Of a stretch of 24,765 nt of DNA, positions 1 through 10,025 are shown one piece after another. Numbering within the stretch: position 1 is the stretch's first letter; the number at the start of each line of letters is the position of its first letter. The translations under genes and the position numbers were made by a program. This DNA is from Candidatus Fraserbacteria bacterium (lineage in GTDB: Bacteria; Bipolaricaulota; Bipolaricaulia; RBG-16-55-9; JANLFV01), in assembly GCA_037446135.1 (NCBI GenBank), contig JBBIJD010000013.1, forward strand, positions 1-24,765. Direction: 5' to 3'. Under the pieces are notes generated by a model. The model saw only the letters and a program-made list of their open reading frames with translations. It was not told the DNA's origin and made no database searches.

Positions 1-377
1 ATCCAGACCTCCCGGCTCCGCGGGCCGTCGAACTCGCAGAAGATGATCCCTTGCCAGGTCCCGAGCTGGAGCCTCCCCCCGGAGATGGGGACCTGGACCG
101 AACTGCCCACCAAACTAGCCTTGATGTGGGCCGGGGAGTTCCCTTCAGCATGGCGATAATGTAGCCCTGGTGGGACGAGCCGCTCGAGTAGTGTTGCAAT
201 GTCCTCTCTTACAGAGGGGTCAGCGTTCTCATTGATCGTGATCCCCGCGGTAGTGTGGGGGACAAAGACGGAGCAGAGCCCCTCTTGGATCCCCGCCTCG
301 CGGACGGCCCGCTCCACTTGAGGAGTGATGTCGATCAACTCCTGCTTGGCTTGGGTCCTGATCGTCGCTCTCCTCAA
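1..377 (-). CDS. yjbQ: YjbQ/UPF0047 family protein (3' end outside window)
   Basis: Manual translation from TTG at 377 gives VPHTTAGITINENADP, HAEGNSPAHIKASL and LGTWQGIIFCEFDGPR, which are YjbQ motifs. It starts 1 nt after the upstream gene's stop. Not in the ORF track. Confidence 0.92.
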   Translation of the reverse strand, partial: MRRATIRTQAKQELIDITPQVERAVREAGIQEGLCSVFVPHTTAGITINENADPSVREDIATLLERLVPPGLHYRHAEGNSPAHIKASLVGSSVQVPISGGRLQLGTWQGIIFCEFDGPRSREVW

Positions 378-378
378 A

Positions 379-2340
379 TCAACCCTCGCCCCTCTTCTCC
401 CGCTTGAGGAGCTCCTCAGCTAGCTTCGGGGAGGTCACCGGCTGGTAGCCTTGGAACTCCATCTGGAAGGTCGCCCGCCCCTGAGTGAGGGATTTCAGCT
501 CCAGGGCGTAGCTCTGGACCTCGGCGAGGGGGGCCTCGGCCTCGATCCGGTCGAGCCCGCCCTCCGGGGCCATCCCTTGGATCCGGGCCCGCTTCCCGTT
601 GAGGCTGCTCATGATATCCCCGGTGAACTCCGAGGGGGTCCAGACAGTGAGCCGCACCACCGGCTCGAGGAGGACGGGCGAGGCATTCTGGGCCGCGATC
701 TCGAAGGCCTTGGCTGCGGCGAGCTTGAAGGCCAATTCCGAGGAGTCGACCGGATGGGAGGAGCCGAAGTAGACCGCCACCCGCACATCCGTCACGGGGT
801 AGCCAGCGAGGACCCCCTTCTCCAGGGCCTCAAGGACCCCCTTCTCCACCGCGGGGATGAATTGGCCGGGAATGACTCCTCCCTTGACCTCATCGACGAA
901 TTCGAACCCCTTCCCCCGCGGGAGCGGCTCGACCCGGAGATAGACCTCCCCATACTGGCCGCGCCCGCCGGTCTGCTTCTTATGCTTGTAATTCCCCTCA
1001 GCGACCTTCTGGACCGTCTCCTTGTAGGGGATCAATGGCCGCTCCATCTTCACTGAGACACCATACCGGTTCTTCAGGCGCTCAGCGAATACAGCCAGAT
1101 GCGTCTCCCCCATCCCCCAGAGGATCGTCTCCTTAGTGACCTCATCACGCTGGACAGCCAGGGTCGCCTTCGTCTCGACCAGCTCTCTCAGCGCGACGCT
1201 CATCCTCTCCTCATCGGCCTGGGAGACAGGGAAGAGGGCCCGGGCGAAGACCGGCTTGGGGAAGTCCGCCAACTTCAGCTTAGGGGCCTGATCGTCGACG
1301 GCCAGGGTATCCCCGAGCGCAGGGGAATCGAGCTTGGTGAGCGCCACCAGCTCGCCCGGCTCGGCCTGGCTGACCTTCTCCGTCGAGCCGCCGCGGATGC
1401 GGAGGATGTCCTTGACCTTCTCCCGCTTCCCTTGGGAGAGGTTGGTCAGGCCCACTCCCTCGCTCAAGGTGGAGCCGAGGATCTTAGCGAAGGCGAGCCG
1501 GCCGAGATAAGGGTCGGTCGCGAGATTGAAGACGAGGGCCGCGCCCTTCGCCTCCCCTGGGGTGTAAGGCGGGGTGAGCTTGAGGAGGAAGTCGGCCAAA
1601 AGGTCGATCCCCAAGCCCAGCGCGGCTGAGCCGCAGAGGACGGGGAAGAGGAGCCGCCGGCTCACCGCCTCTTTCAAGGCCGCCTGGAGCCGCTCCGGCG
1701 CGAGTTCCTCCCCCTCAAGGAACTGCATCATCAGCTCGTCATCGGCCTCGGTGATATGCTCGAGGAGCCTCTCTCGCTCCGTCTCGACTTGGGAAGCGAG
1801 GCCGGGGGGGATCTCCCCCTTCCTCTTGTCGAAGTAGATAGCTCTCTTCTCCAGGAGGTCCACGACCCCGACGGGCTTATTCCCCTCGAGGATCGGGAGT
1901 TGAAGCGGGGCAAATCGTTTGCTCAGCTTGGCTCGGAGCTCTTCGAGGACCTTGTCGAAGTTCGCGTTCTCGAGATCTAGCTTGTTGACGAAGCAAAGAG
2001 CCGGCCGGTTGAACTCCTCGATCAGCTCCCAGGCCTTCTCGGTCTGGACCTCGATCCCCTTCTCGGCATTGACCACCAGCAGGGCCGTCTCCGCTACCCC
2101 CAAGCCCTTATAGACCTCCTCGATGAACTCTAGGAAGCCCGGGGTATCGAGGAGGTTGAGGGCCTTCCCATTAAGGCTGAGGTAGGCCAGGTTCAAGTCG
2201 ACGGAGTAGCCGCGAGCCTTGGCCTCAGGGGAGGAATCGAGCCGAACCTCAACCCCACCCAGCTTGAGGAGGCTCTCGGCCAGCAGGGTCTTCCCGGCAC
2301 CAGAGTGCCCGACGAGACAGATATTCCTTACTTCCCCCAT
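379..2340 (-). CDS. Elongation factor G-like GTPase (EF-G2-type paralogue)
   Basis: GHSGAGKT, DTPG, NKLD, GMGETHL, YKETV, HKKQTGGRGQYG, HPVDSSELAF, LKSLTQGRA. Switch I reads RGYSV and DTPG is followed by F rather than H. SD GAGGTGA upstream. Confidence 0.92.
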   Translation of the reverse strand: MGEVRNICLVGHSGAGKTLLAESLLKLGGVEVRLDSSPEAKARGYSVDLNLAYLSLNGKALNLLDTPGFLEFIEEVYKGLGVAETALLVVNAEKGIEVQTEKAWELIEEFNRPALCFVNKLDLENANFDKVLEELRAKLSKRFAPLQLPILEGNKPVGVVDLLEKRAIYFDKRKGEIPPGLASQVETERERLLEHITEADDELMMQFLEGEELAPERLQAALKEAVSRRLLFPVLCGSAALGLGIDLLADFLLKLTPPYTPGEAKGAALVFNLATDPYLGRLAFAKILGSTLSEGVGLTNLSQGKREKVKDILRIRGGSTEKVSQAEPGELVALTKLDSPALGDTLAVDDQAPKLKLADFPKPVFARALFPVSQADEERMSVALRELVETKATLAVQRDEVTKETILWGMGETHLAVFAERLKNRYGVSVKMERPLIPYKETVQKVAEGNYKHKKQTGGRGQYGEVYLRVEPLPRGKGFEFVDEVKGGVIPGQFIPAVEKGVLEALEKGVLAGYPVTDVRVAVYFGSSHPVDSSELAFKLAAAKAFEIAAQNASPVLLEPVVRLTVWTPSEFTGDIMSSLNGKRARIQGMAPEGGLDRIEAEAPLAEVQSYALELKSLTQGRATFQMEFQGYQPVTSPKLAEELLKREKRGEG

Positions 2341-2367
2341 TAACTGATCACCTCTATTTAGCCTTTC

Positions 2368-2397
2368 AGTATATCATGGCCTGGAGGATCGGCGCAA
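2368..2397 (-). promoter_or_regulatory. Sigma70-type promoter for the EF-G2/yjbQ unit
   Basis: Minus strand TTGCGC-18 nt-TATACT, with a TG extended -10. Confidence 0.55.
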
Positions 2398-2449
2398 ACG
2401 GCCTCCCTTGAGGCTAATGCCCGTCAAATTCGAAGGAGTAGGCCGAGAG

Positions 2450-2788
2450 CTAGGGCTGGAGCAGTTCCCCGCCGAGCTTGACCCTCCCTTCGAGCTTCTG
2501 GAGGAGCTTCGGCCCGATCCCTCGGACATGGAGTAGTTCCTCCAGTGAGCGGAATGGCCCATTTCGCTCGCGATAGGTGATGATCCGCTCCGCCAGGGTC
2601 GGCCCGATCCCCGGCAGGCGGAGCAATTCCGCAAATGAGGCGGTGTTCAGGTTGAGCGGCTCCGCGCTCTCGCCCACCGCCACCTTGGGGCCTTGGCTCG
2701 GAGCAATAAGCTGGTTGACCGCGGCGGCGAGGAGGGCCAGGCCGAGCAAGATCCCGAGGATAAGCCGATCAGTGCGGGATAAGATCAT
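2450..2788 (-). CDS. comEA: ComEA-family helix-hairpin-helix DNA-binding protein with N-terminal membrane anchor
   Basis: From ATG 2788: hydrophobic segment, then LNLNTASFAELLRLPGIGPTLAERII...GPFRSLEELLHVRGIGPK. The track's longer N-terminus lies inside the upstream gene. Confidence 0.88.
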   Translation of the reverse strand: MILSRTDRLILGILLGLALLAAAVNQLIAPSQGPKVAVGESAEPLNLNTASFAELLRLPGIGPTLAERIITYRERNGPFRSLEELLHVRGIGPKLLQKLEGRVKLGGELLQP

Positions 2789-3299
2789 GAAAGAGCTCCC
2801 TGATCCGCTGGACACCGAAGCTCTCCAGGGCCCATCGCATTCCCTCGGGGACATGGGCATACTTCTCCCGGGTGAACTTGTCTTGATAGCCGAAGATGAG
2901 GATATCCCGCAAACGCTTGGCCAGCTCAGGGCGGGCGGCCAGGCCCATGCAGTCCCGGCAGAGCTCTTCCACTTCTTCAAGGTAGACCTCGATCTCAGCC
3001 GCGCGTTGGAAGACTGACAAGGCCACCTCAGGCGAGGAGCGGAGGAGCTCCTTCCCTTGACGGAAGAGGGCGCGCCTCTCCAATTCCTGTTTGGCCCTCT
3101 GGCGCATCCGCTCGGCCTTCTCGCGGTAGTAGCCCTGCTCCTCCGGGGGGAATTCGAGATAAGAGCAGCGGCAGCCCTCATGGAGCGGAGGTGCGAGGGC
3201 GAGATTGGTGAAGATCTCGCCGTGGCGGGCGAGGCAGCGCTCGCAAGTCCGGAAATGGACCAATGCGTAATATTGGTAGAAAGCATCTACTCGGCTCAC
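2769..3299 (-). CDS. Hypothetical protein with N-terminal MuF/phage head morphogenesis-like Cys/His motif
   Basis: RTCERCLARHGEIF...PPLHEGCRC followed by a charged helical region. Probable GTG start at 3299, 6 nt after TATAAT. Overlaps comEA by 20 bp. Confidence 0.7.
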   Translation of the reverse strand: MSRVDAFYQYYALVHFRTCERCLARHGEIFTNLALAPPLHEGCRCSYLEFPPEEQGYYREKAERMRQRAKQELERRALFRQGKELLRSSPEVALSVFQRAAEIEVYLEEVEELCRDCMGLAARPELAKRLRDILIFGYQDKFTREKYAHVPEGMRWALESFGVQRIRELFHDLIPH

Positions 3300-3305
3300 G
3301 GTCCC

Positions 3306-3314
3306 ATTATAGCA
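3306..3314 (-). promoter_or_regulatory. Extended -10 promoter, probably giving a leaderless mRNA
   Basis: Minus strand TGC-TATAAT, 6 nt upstream of GTG 3299, with no SD. Confidence 0.6.
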
Positions 3315-3372
3315 TAGCCCGAGGAGCGGTGGATGCAAGGAGCCGTTTGCCTCCCCAGATTTTGCACTTCTC

Positions 3373-3401
3373 TTGACTTTGCCGCCCTTTTATCCTATAA
3401 T
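3373..3401 (+). promoter_or_regulatory. Sigma70 promoter of the sigma factor gene
   Basis: TTGACT-17 nt-TATAAT. Confidence 0.8.
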
Positions 3402-3504
3402 ATGGCGACAAGCGCCGGTCTTAAAGGAGAGCGGTTCAGCCTGCCTGAATTAAGCGGGCATATTCATTATGCAATCATCTCAGTGATCTCCGTATGAGGT
3501 GATC

Positions 3505-4452
3505 ATGAAGGTCTACGAAGTAGAGGAACTGGAAGGACTGGAGCTGAAAGAGATCGAGGACCTAGAGGTCGAGGGCGAAGAGGAGCCGCGGGCCGCGGCC
3601 GAGGACTTAGTAAAGACCTACCTCCAGGAGATCGGGAAGGTCCCGCTCCTCACCCGGGAGGAGGAGGTCGAGCTGGCCCAGCGGATCCAAAAGGGCGATG
3701 AGAAGGCCAAGGAGAAGATGGCCTTAGCTAACCTCCGCTTGGTCGTCTCGATCGCCAAGCGGTATAAGGGCCTCGGGCTCCCGCTGCTCGACCTGATCCA
3801 AGAGGGGAATATCGGGCTGATGCGGGCGGTCGAGAAGTTCGACTGGACCAAGGGCTACAAGTTCTCCACCTATGCCACCTGGTGGATCCGGCAGGCGATC
3901 TCACGGGCCCTGGCCGATAAGTCCCGGACGATCCGGATCCCGGCCCACATCATCGAGGCGATCCGCAAGCTCTACAAGATCGAAGAGGAGTATGTCCAGG
4001 AGCATGGTGTCCCGCCGAGCCTCGAGGAGCTAGCGGAGAAGCTCGAGCTCCCCAAGGAGGAGGTCGAGCGGGTGAAGAAAGCGGCGCAATATACTAGCTC
4101 GCTCGAGCGGCCGGTCGGGGAGGACGGCGATGCCCTGGAGGACTTCATTGGGAATGAGGAGGCCCCCTCCCCGGTGAAGGAGGCCCTCACCGCCCTCCAG
4201 AAGGAGGAGCTCCGCCAAGCCCTGGAGCAGTTGGACTACCGCGAGCGGCGGATTTTAGAGCTCCGCTATGGCCTCCACGATAATCGGACCCGGACCTTGG
4301 AAGATGTGGGGAAGGAGTTCAACATCTCTCGAGAGAGGGTCCGGCAGATCGAGAAGGAGGCCTTAGAGAAGCTCCGGGCGATGCAGCTCCGGGAGAAGCT
4401 GAAGAAGCTGGAGTGCCTCATCCAGCAGGACGAGTTCCTCCCCTCACGTTGA
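3505..4452 (+). CDS. rpoD: RNA polymerase sigma-70 factor, RpoD/SigA type, short acidic N-terminus
   Basis: Region 1.2 [16 protein letters not shown]; region 2 [37 protein letters not shown]; region 4 [24 protein letters not shown] follows GAGGTGATC. Primary versus group 2 cannot be decided. Confidence 0.85.
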   Translation: MKVYEVEELEGLELKEIEDLEVEGEEEPRAAAEDLVKTYLQEIGKVPLLTREEEVELAQRIQKGDEKAKEKMALANLRLVVSIAKRYKGLGLPLLDLIQEGNIGLMRAVEKFDWTKGYKFSTYATWWIRQAISRALADKSRTIRIPAHIIEAIRKLYKIEEEYVQEHGVPPSLEELAEKLELPKEEVERVKKAAQYTSSLERPVGEDGDALEDFIGNEEAPSPVKEALTALQKEELRQALEQLDYRERRILELRYGLHDNRTRTLEDVGKEFNISRERVRQIEKEALEKLRAMQLREKLKKLECLIQQDEFLPSR

Positions 4453-4455
4453 TCA

Positions 4456-5892
4456 TCATTGGATGAGCCCCTCCTCCCGGAGGAAGTCAAGGTCGTTGAA
4501 CTCCTCCTCGTGGTCGGCAAAGACCTGGGTCCGCTCGTGCCCCTTCCCTGCGATTAGGATGACATCGCCCCGCCGGGCCATCGAGTTGGCCCGGCGGATC
4601 GCTTCCCGCCGGTCGACGATCGCTTCGTAGGGGGCAGCGGTCTCTTTGAGACCGGCCTCGATCTCGACGATGATCGCCCCTGGATCTTCGGACTTAGGGT
4701 TATCACTGGTGAGGATCGTGTAGTCGCTCAAGCTCCCGCTAATCCGGCCCATGACTGGCCGCTTCGCCCGGTCCGATTCGCCCCCGCAGCCGAAGACGGC
4801 GATGATCCGCCGATAGTATGGCCGAAGCGCTGAGAGCACCTGATAGAGGGCATCTGGTGAGTGGGCGAAGTCGATCACCACATCGAACCCCGCCCTTGTG
4901 CTAAAGCGCTCGAATCGCCCGGCGATGGCCCTCACGGCCTCGATCCCCTCCTTGATCCTCCGGAGGTCTCGGCCCCGGGCGAGGCCGACCCCGACGGCTG
5001 CGAGGATGTTGTAGACATTGAATCTCCCCGGGAGGGCCGTCTCGAGCTCGAGCCGCCCCGAGGGTGTCCGGATGAGGAGCCGCGAGCCTTCGAGCCCGAG
5101 CCGGACCTCCTCTGCGCGGATCTCCCCGCCGGAGAGGCCATAAGTGAGGAGCTGGGCCTTGGTCGAATGAGCGATCCTCTGGCTGTAGGGATCGTCGCTA
5201 TTAATGATCGCCGTCGCTGTAGGCTTCAGCATCGTGAAGAGCCGCCGCTTGGCCTCGAAGTAGTCGCCCATCGTCCGGTAGTAATCGAGGTGGTCATGGG
5301 AGAGATTGGTGAAGACCGCAGCGGCGAACTCGACCCCCAGGACCCGCTCTTGGGAGAGGGCATGGGCCGAGACCTCGAGGACGAGCCCCTTCTTCCCTGA
5401 CTTGAGGGCCTCCGAGGCGAGCCGTTGGATGGTGAGCGGATCAGGGGTGGTATTCACTAGCCCGCGCTGGAGGTTATTGCTAACGGTGCTCAAGGCCTCG
5501 GTCTCCTCCAGGCCGAGGACGCTCTGGGCGAGATGGGCTACGGTCGTCTTCCCCTTGGTCCCGGTGATCCCGACGGTGTAAATCTTCCTTGTCGGGTGGC
5601 CATAGAAGGCCGCGGCGAGCTCAGCCAGCGCCCGACGGCTGTTGGGGACACGGATGTAAGCCACGCCCTCCGGGGCGAGCTCCCTCTCCCCGACGATCGC
5701 GATGGCCCCGCGCGCGATCGCTTGAGGGATATAGTCGTGGCCATCGTGCTTGCTCCCGGGAATGGCCACGAAGAGGCTCCCCGGCCTGACGGAACGGGAG
5801 TCGCAGACGATCTCGCGGATCTCACTCTCAGGCCCGGGTTCGCCCGAGATCGCCGAATGTTCAACCGCGCGGAGCAAGGCTTCTAGCCTCAT
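4456..5892 (-). CDS. murE: UDP-N-acetylmuramoyl-dipeptide amino-acid ligase
   Basis: DSRSVRPGSLFVAIPG, GITGTKGKTT, NTTPD, EVSAHAL, FTNLSHDHLDYY, DFAHSPDAL, FGCGG, TSDNPK, IAGKGHE. Confidence 0.92.
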   Translation of the reverse strand: MRLEALLRAVEHSAISGEPGPESEIREIVCDSRSVRPGSLFVAIPGSKHDGHDYIPQAIARGAIAIVGERELAPEGVAYIRVPNSRRALAELAAAFYGHPTRKIYTVGITGTKGKTTVAHLAQSVLGLEETEALSTVSNNLQRGLVNTTPDPLTIQRLASEALKSGKKGLVLEVSAHALSQERVLGVEFAAAVFTNLSHDHLDYYRTMGDYFEAKRRLFTMLKPTATAIINSDDPYSQRIAHSTKAQLLTYGLSGGEIRAEEVRLGLEGSRLLIRTPSGRLELETALPGRFNVYNILAAVGVGLARGRDLRRIKEGIEAVRAIAGRFERFSTRAGFDVVIDFAHSPDALYQVLSALRPYYRRIIAVFGCGGESDRAKRPVMGRISGSLSDYTILTSDNPKSEDPGAIIVEIEAGLKETAAPYEAIVDRREAIRRANSMARRGDVILIAGKGHERTQVFADHEEEFNDLDFLREEGLIQ

Positions 5893-5916
5893 GGATTCCC
5901 ACTCCTGGCCACCAGT

Positions 5917-7865
<1,949 letters not shown>

Positions 7866-7883
7866 AAGCTCTACCACCGATCT

Positions 7884-7974
7884 CCAGTCCAGTGTAGTGA
7901 GGCGACCCGCGGCTTGGCAAGGCCGAAAGGGCAGATAAGGTCAGGAAAGGGATCACCTCACTCGACTCGGCTGG
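7884..7974 (-). repeat. Long imperfect inverted repeat downstream of arfB
   Basis: AGTGAGGTGA pairs with TCGCCTCACT (10 bp, one G-U on the minus strand), extended by CCC/GGG inside and CCAG/CTGG and AGT/ACT outside. Confidence 0.55.
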
Positions 7975-7986
7975 CCGAAGAGCCGG

Positions 7987-8451
7987 TTAATCATCCATCT
8001 CCAGCTCCGGCTCTCGACGGCTCTGCTTCCGCATGCTCCGGGCTCGCTTAGCCCGGAGGCGTCTCTCTTGTGCAGTCCGGCTGGGGCGTGTCGGCCTGCG
8101 GGCCTTGCGAGGGCGGAGGGCCCACACGAGCAGCTCCTGAAAGCGGGTGATCGCCTCCTGGCGGTTCTGCCACTGGCTCCGGGAGGAGCTGGCGATAAGA
8201 TGCAAGACCCCATCCTTATCGATATAGCCCTTGAGTCGCTCCAGGAGTTGAGCCTTCTCCAGCGGGCTCAGGCTCGGGGAGCGGAGCACATCAAAGAGCA
8301 GTTCAACCCGCGTCTCCACGCGGTTGACATGCTGGCCTCCCGGGCCGCCGCTCCGGCTGAAGCGGAACCGCAACTCCTCTGGGGGGATCATCACCCGATC
8401 CGTAATCCTTAGGGCCTTCGCCTCACTCGAGCTTCTCGATGGAGATAGCAT
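7987..8451 (-). CDS. arfB: Alternative ribosome-rescue peptidyl-tRNA hydrolase
   Basis: FSRSGGPGGQHVN (GGQ), RSQWQNR, and basic tail RRPTRPSRTAQERRLRAKRARS. Confidence 0.93.
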   Translation of the reverse strand: MLSPSRSSSEAKALRITDRVMIPPEELRFRFSRSGGPGGQHVNRVETRVELLFDVLRSPSLSPLEKAQLLERLKGYIDKDGVLHLIASSSRSQWQNRQEAITRFQELLVWALRPRKARRPTRPSRTAQERRLRAKRARSMRKQSRREPELEMDD

Positions 8452-8458
8452 CTTCCAG

Positions 8459-8468
8459 ATGATAGAAT
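8459..8468. promoter_or_regulatory. Overlapping divergent -10 boxes for arfB and thiI
   Basis: Minus strand TATCAT lies 7 nt before the arfB ATG; plus strand TGA-TAGAAT lies 13 nt before the thiI ATG. The intergenic gap is 30 bp with no SD. Confidence 0.45.
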
Positions 8469-8481
8469 ATGGTCAGCAACT

Positions 8482-9630
8482 ATGGAAGTCTATGTGGTCC
8501 ACTACGGTGAGCTGGCCCTCAAGGGGAAGAACCGCGGTTTCTTTGAGGAGGCGCTCATCAGGGAGATCGCGGCCCGGCTCGATGGCCGCCGCGTCAGGCG
8601 GCGGTATGGCCGGTTGATCATCGAGGGCTGGGGCCCGGAGATCGAGGTGGTCCTCAGCTCGATCCCCGGGATCAAGCACTTCGCCAGGGCCGAGAGCGTC
8701 CCGTTGGATATTGAGGCGATCAGGCAAGCGGCCCTCCGCCTGGCGGAGGCGGCCCCTCCGGGCCCATTCGCGGTAAGGACGCACCGAGCGAATAAGGCTT
8801 TCCCACTCACTTCTATGGAGATCAACCGCCTCATCGGGGAAGCGATCGTGGAGAAGACAGGCCGAGCTGTCTCCTTGACCGAGCCGAAATTGACAATCTA
8901 TATCGAGATCTGTGAAAAGGAGGCCTATGTCTATGGCGAGCGGCTCCCTGGCCTAGGCGGCCTCCCTGTGGGGACCTCAGGGAGGGTGGTCGCGCTCGTC
9001 TCTGGAGGAATCGATAGCCCCGTCGCAGCCTTCTTGATGATGAAGCGTGGCTGCGAGGTCGTCCTCCTCCACTTCTTCAATGAGACCATCCATTCCCTGA
9101 AAGTTCGGGGGAAGATCGCTTCTCTAGCGGAGCGGCTGGCCGGCTTCCAAGGTGAGCTCAAGCTCTATATGGTCCCCTTCGGTGGCCTCCAGCGCGAGAT
9201 CATTAGAGTAGTTCCGGCAAGGTATCGGATGCTCATCTACCGGCGGACGATGATGAGGCTCGCCGAGGAGATCGCCCGCCTGGAGGGGGCTAAGGCCCTC
9301 GTCACCGGGGATAGCCTCGCCCAGGTCGCGAGCCAGACCCTCGATAACCTGAGGTTGATTTATGAGGCTACCTGCTATCCTGTCCTTGCCCCACTCATTG
9401 GATTCGATAAGGAGGAGACGATCACCCTCGCCCGGAGGATCGGAACCTACGAGATCTCCATCTCGCCTTATGAGGACTGCTGCTCCTTCATGGTCGCCCT
9501 CCATCCCGAGACCCGCGGGCGGCCTGAAATCACTGCCGAGCTGGAGAAGAATCTGGCCTTGGACCTCGCCGGGGCTATCAGCCAGGCCGAGATCGAGTCC
9601 TTCGGCCCAAACCGGTCGGCCATCGCTTAG
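8482..9630 (+). CDS. thiI: tRNA 4-thiouridine synthase (THUMP + PP-loop, no rhodanese domain)
   Basis: YGELALKGKNR, GLGGLPVG, SGGIDSPVA, TGDSLAQVASQTL, PYEDCC. Confidence 0.95.
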   Translation: MEVYVVHYGELALKGKNRGFFEEALIREIAARLDGRRVRRRYGRLIIEGWGPEIEVVLSSIPGIKHFARAESVPLDIEAIRQAALRLAEAAPPGPFAVRTHRANKAFPLTSMEINRLIGEAIVEKTGRAVSLTEPKLTIYIEICEKEAYVYGERLPGLGGLPVGTSGRVVALVSGGIDSPVAAFLMMKRGCEVVLLHFFNETIHSLKVRGKIASLAERLAGFQGELKLYMVPFGGLQREIIRVVPARYRMLIYRRTMMRLAEEIARLEGAKALVTGDSLAQVASQTLDNLRLIYEATCYPVLAPLIGFDKEETITLARRIGTYEISISPYEDCCSFMVALHPETRGRPEITAELEKNLALDLAGAISQAEIESFGPNRSAIA

Positions 9631-9648
9631 CTCAGGCGCCTGCCGGGC

Positions 9649-9678
9649 TTGGATTTGGGCCCGAATTGATGGTAAACT
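9649..9678 (+). promoter_or_regulatory. Possible promoter for the NifU-like gene
   Basis: TTGGAT-18 nt-TAAACT with TG extension. Confidence 0.4.
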
Positions 9679-9795
9679 TGCGTCGCCCGAGTGGGGCCGG
9701 GCGAGCGCCTGCCCCTCGAACGATTGGGGCTAACGGCGATCGACTCGGCCGGGTCAGTACGCGCGAGACTAGGCTAGTGCAAGGAGGTGGTCGGG

Positions 9796-10017
9796 ATGCG
9801 CGAGAGGGTGGAAGAGGCGCTGGAGCAGATCCGGCCGATGCTCCGAGCCGAGGGCGGTGATGTCGAGCTCATCGATGTCACGGACGAAGGGCTCGTCCGG
9901 GTCAAATTGATCGGTGCCTGCGGCGGCTGCCCCATGGCCATGATGACCCTCAAGGAGGGGATCGAGCGGCTCCTCAAGGAGGAGGTCCCCGAAGTCCAGG
10001 CGGTCGAGGCGGTCTAA
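9796..10017 (+). CDS. NifU/Nfu-type Fe-S cluster carrier
   Basis: IRPMLRAEGGDVEL...GACGGCPMA...TLKEGIE. SD AAGGAGGT precedes ATG 9796. Confidence 0.92.
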   Translation: MRERVEEALEQIRPMLRAEGGDVELIDVTDEGLVRVKLIGACGGCPMAMMTLKEGIERLLKEEVPEVQAVEAV

Positions 10018-10025
10018 GGTCTGAT

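Noticed and set aside
2789..3286. Extended starts in the ORF track for comEA (also 14347 for mccB and 20731 for copB)
   Set aside because: The extensions lie inside adjacent genes; downstream starts with normal coupling fit better.
3402..3497. 31-codon ORF in the sigma factor leader
   Set aside because: Its ATG directly abuts the -10 box, so it lies upstream of the likely transcription start.
7916..7936. CAAGGCCGAAAGGGCAG as SRP RNA helix 8
   Set aside because: It does not fit CAGG-NCC-GNRA-GGN-AGCA spacing, and the outer stem folds better on the other strand.
9679..9763. tRNA, fluoride, SAH or NiCo riboswitch upstream of nifU
   Set aside because: No TTC T-loop or CCA end; only partial motif matches, in the wrong order or missing the 5' half.
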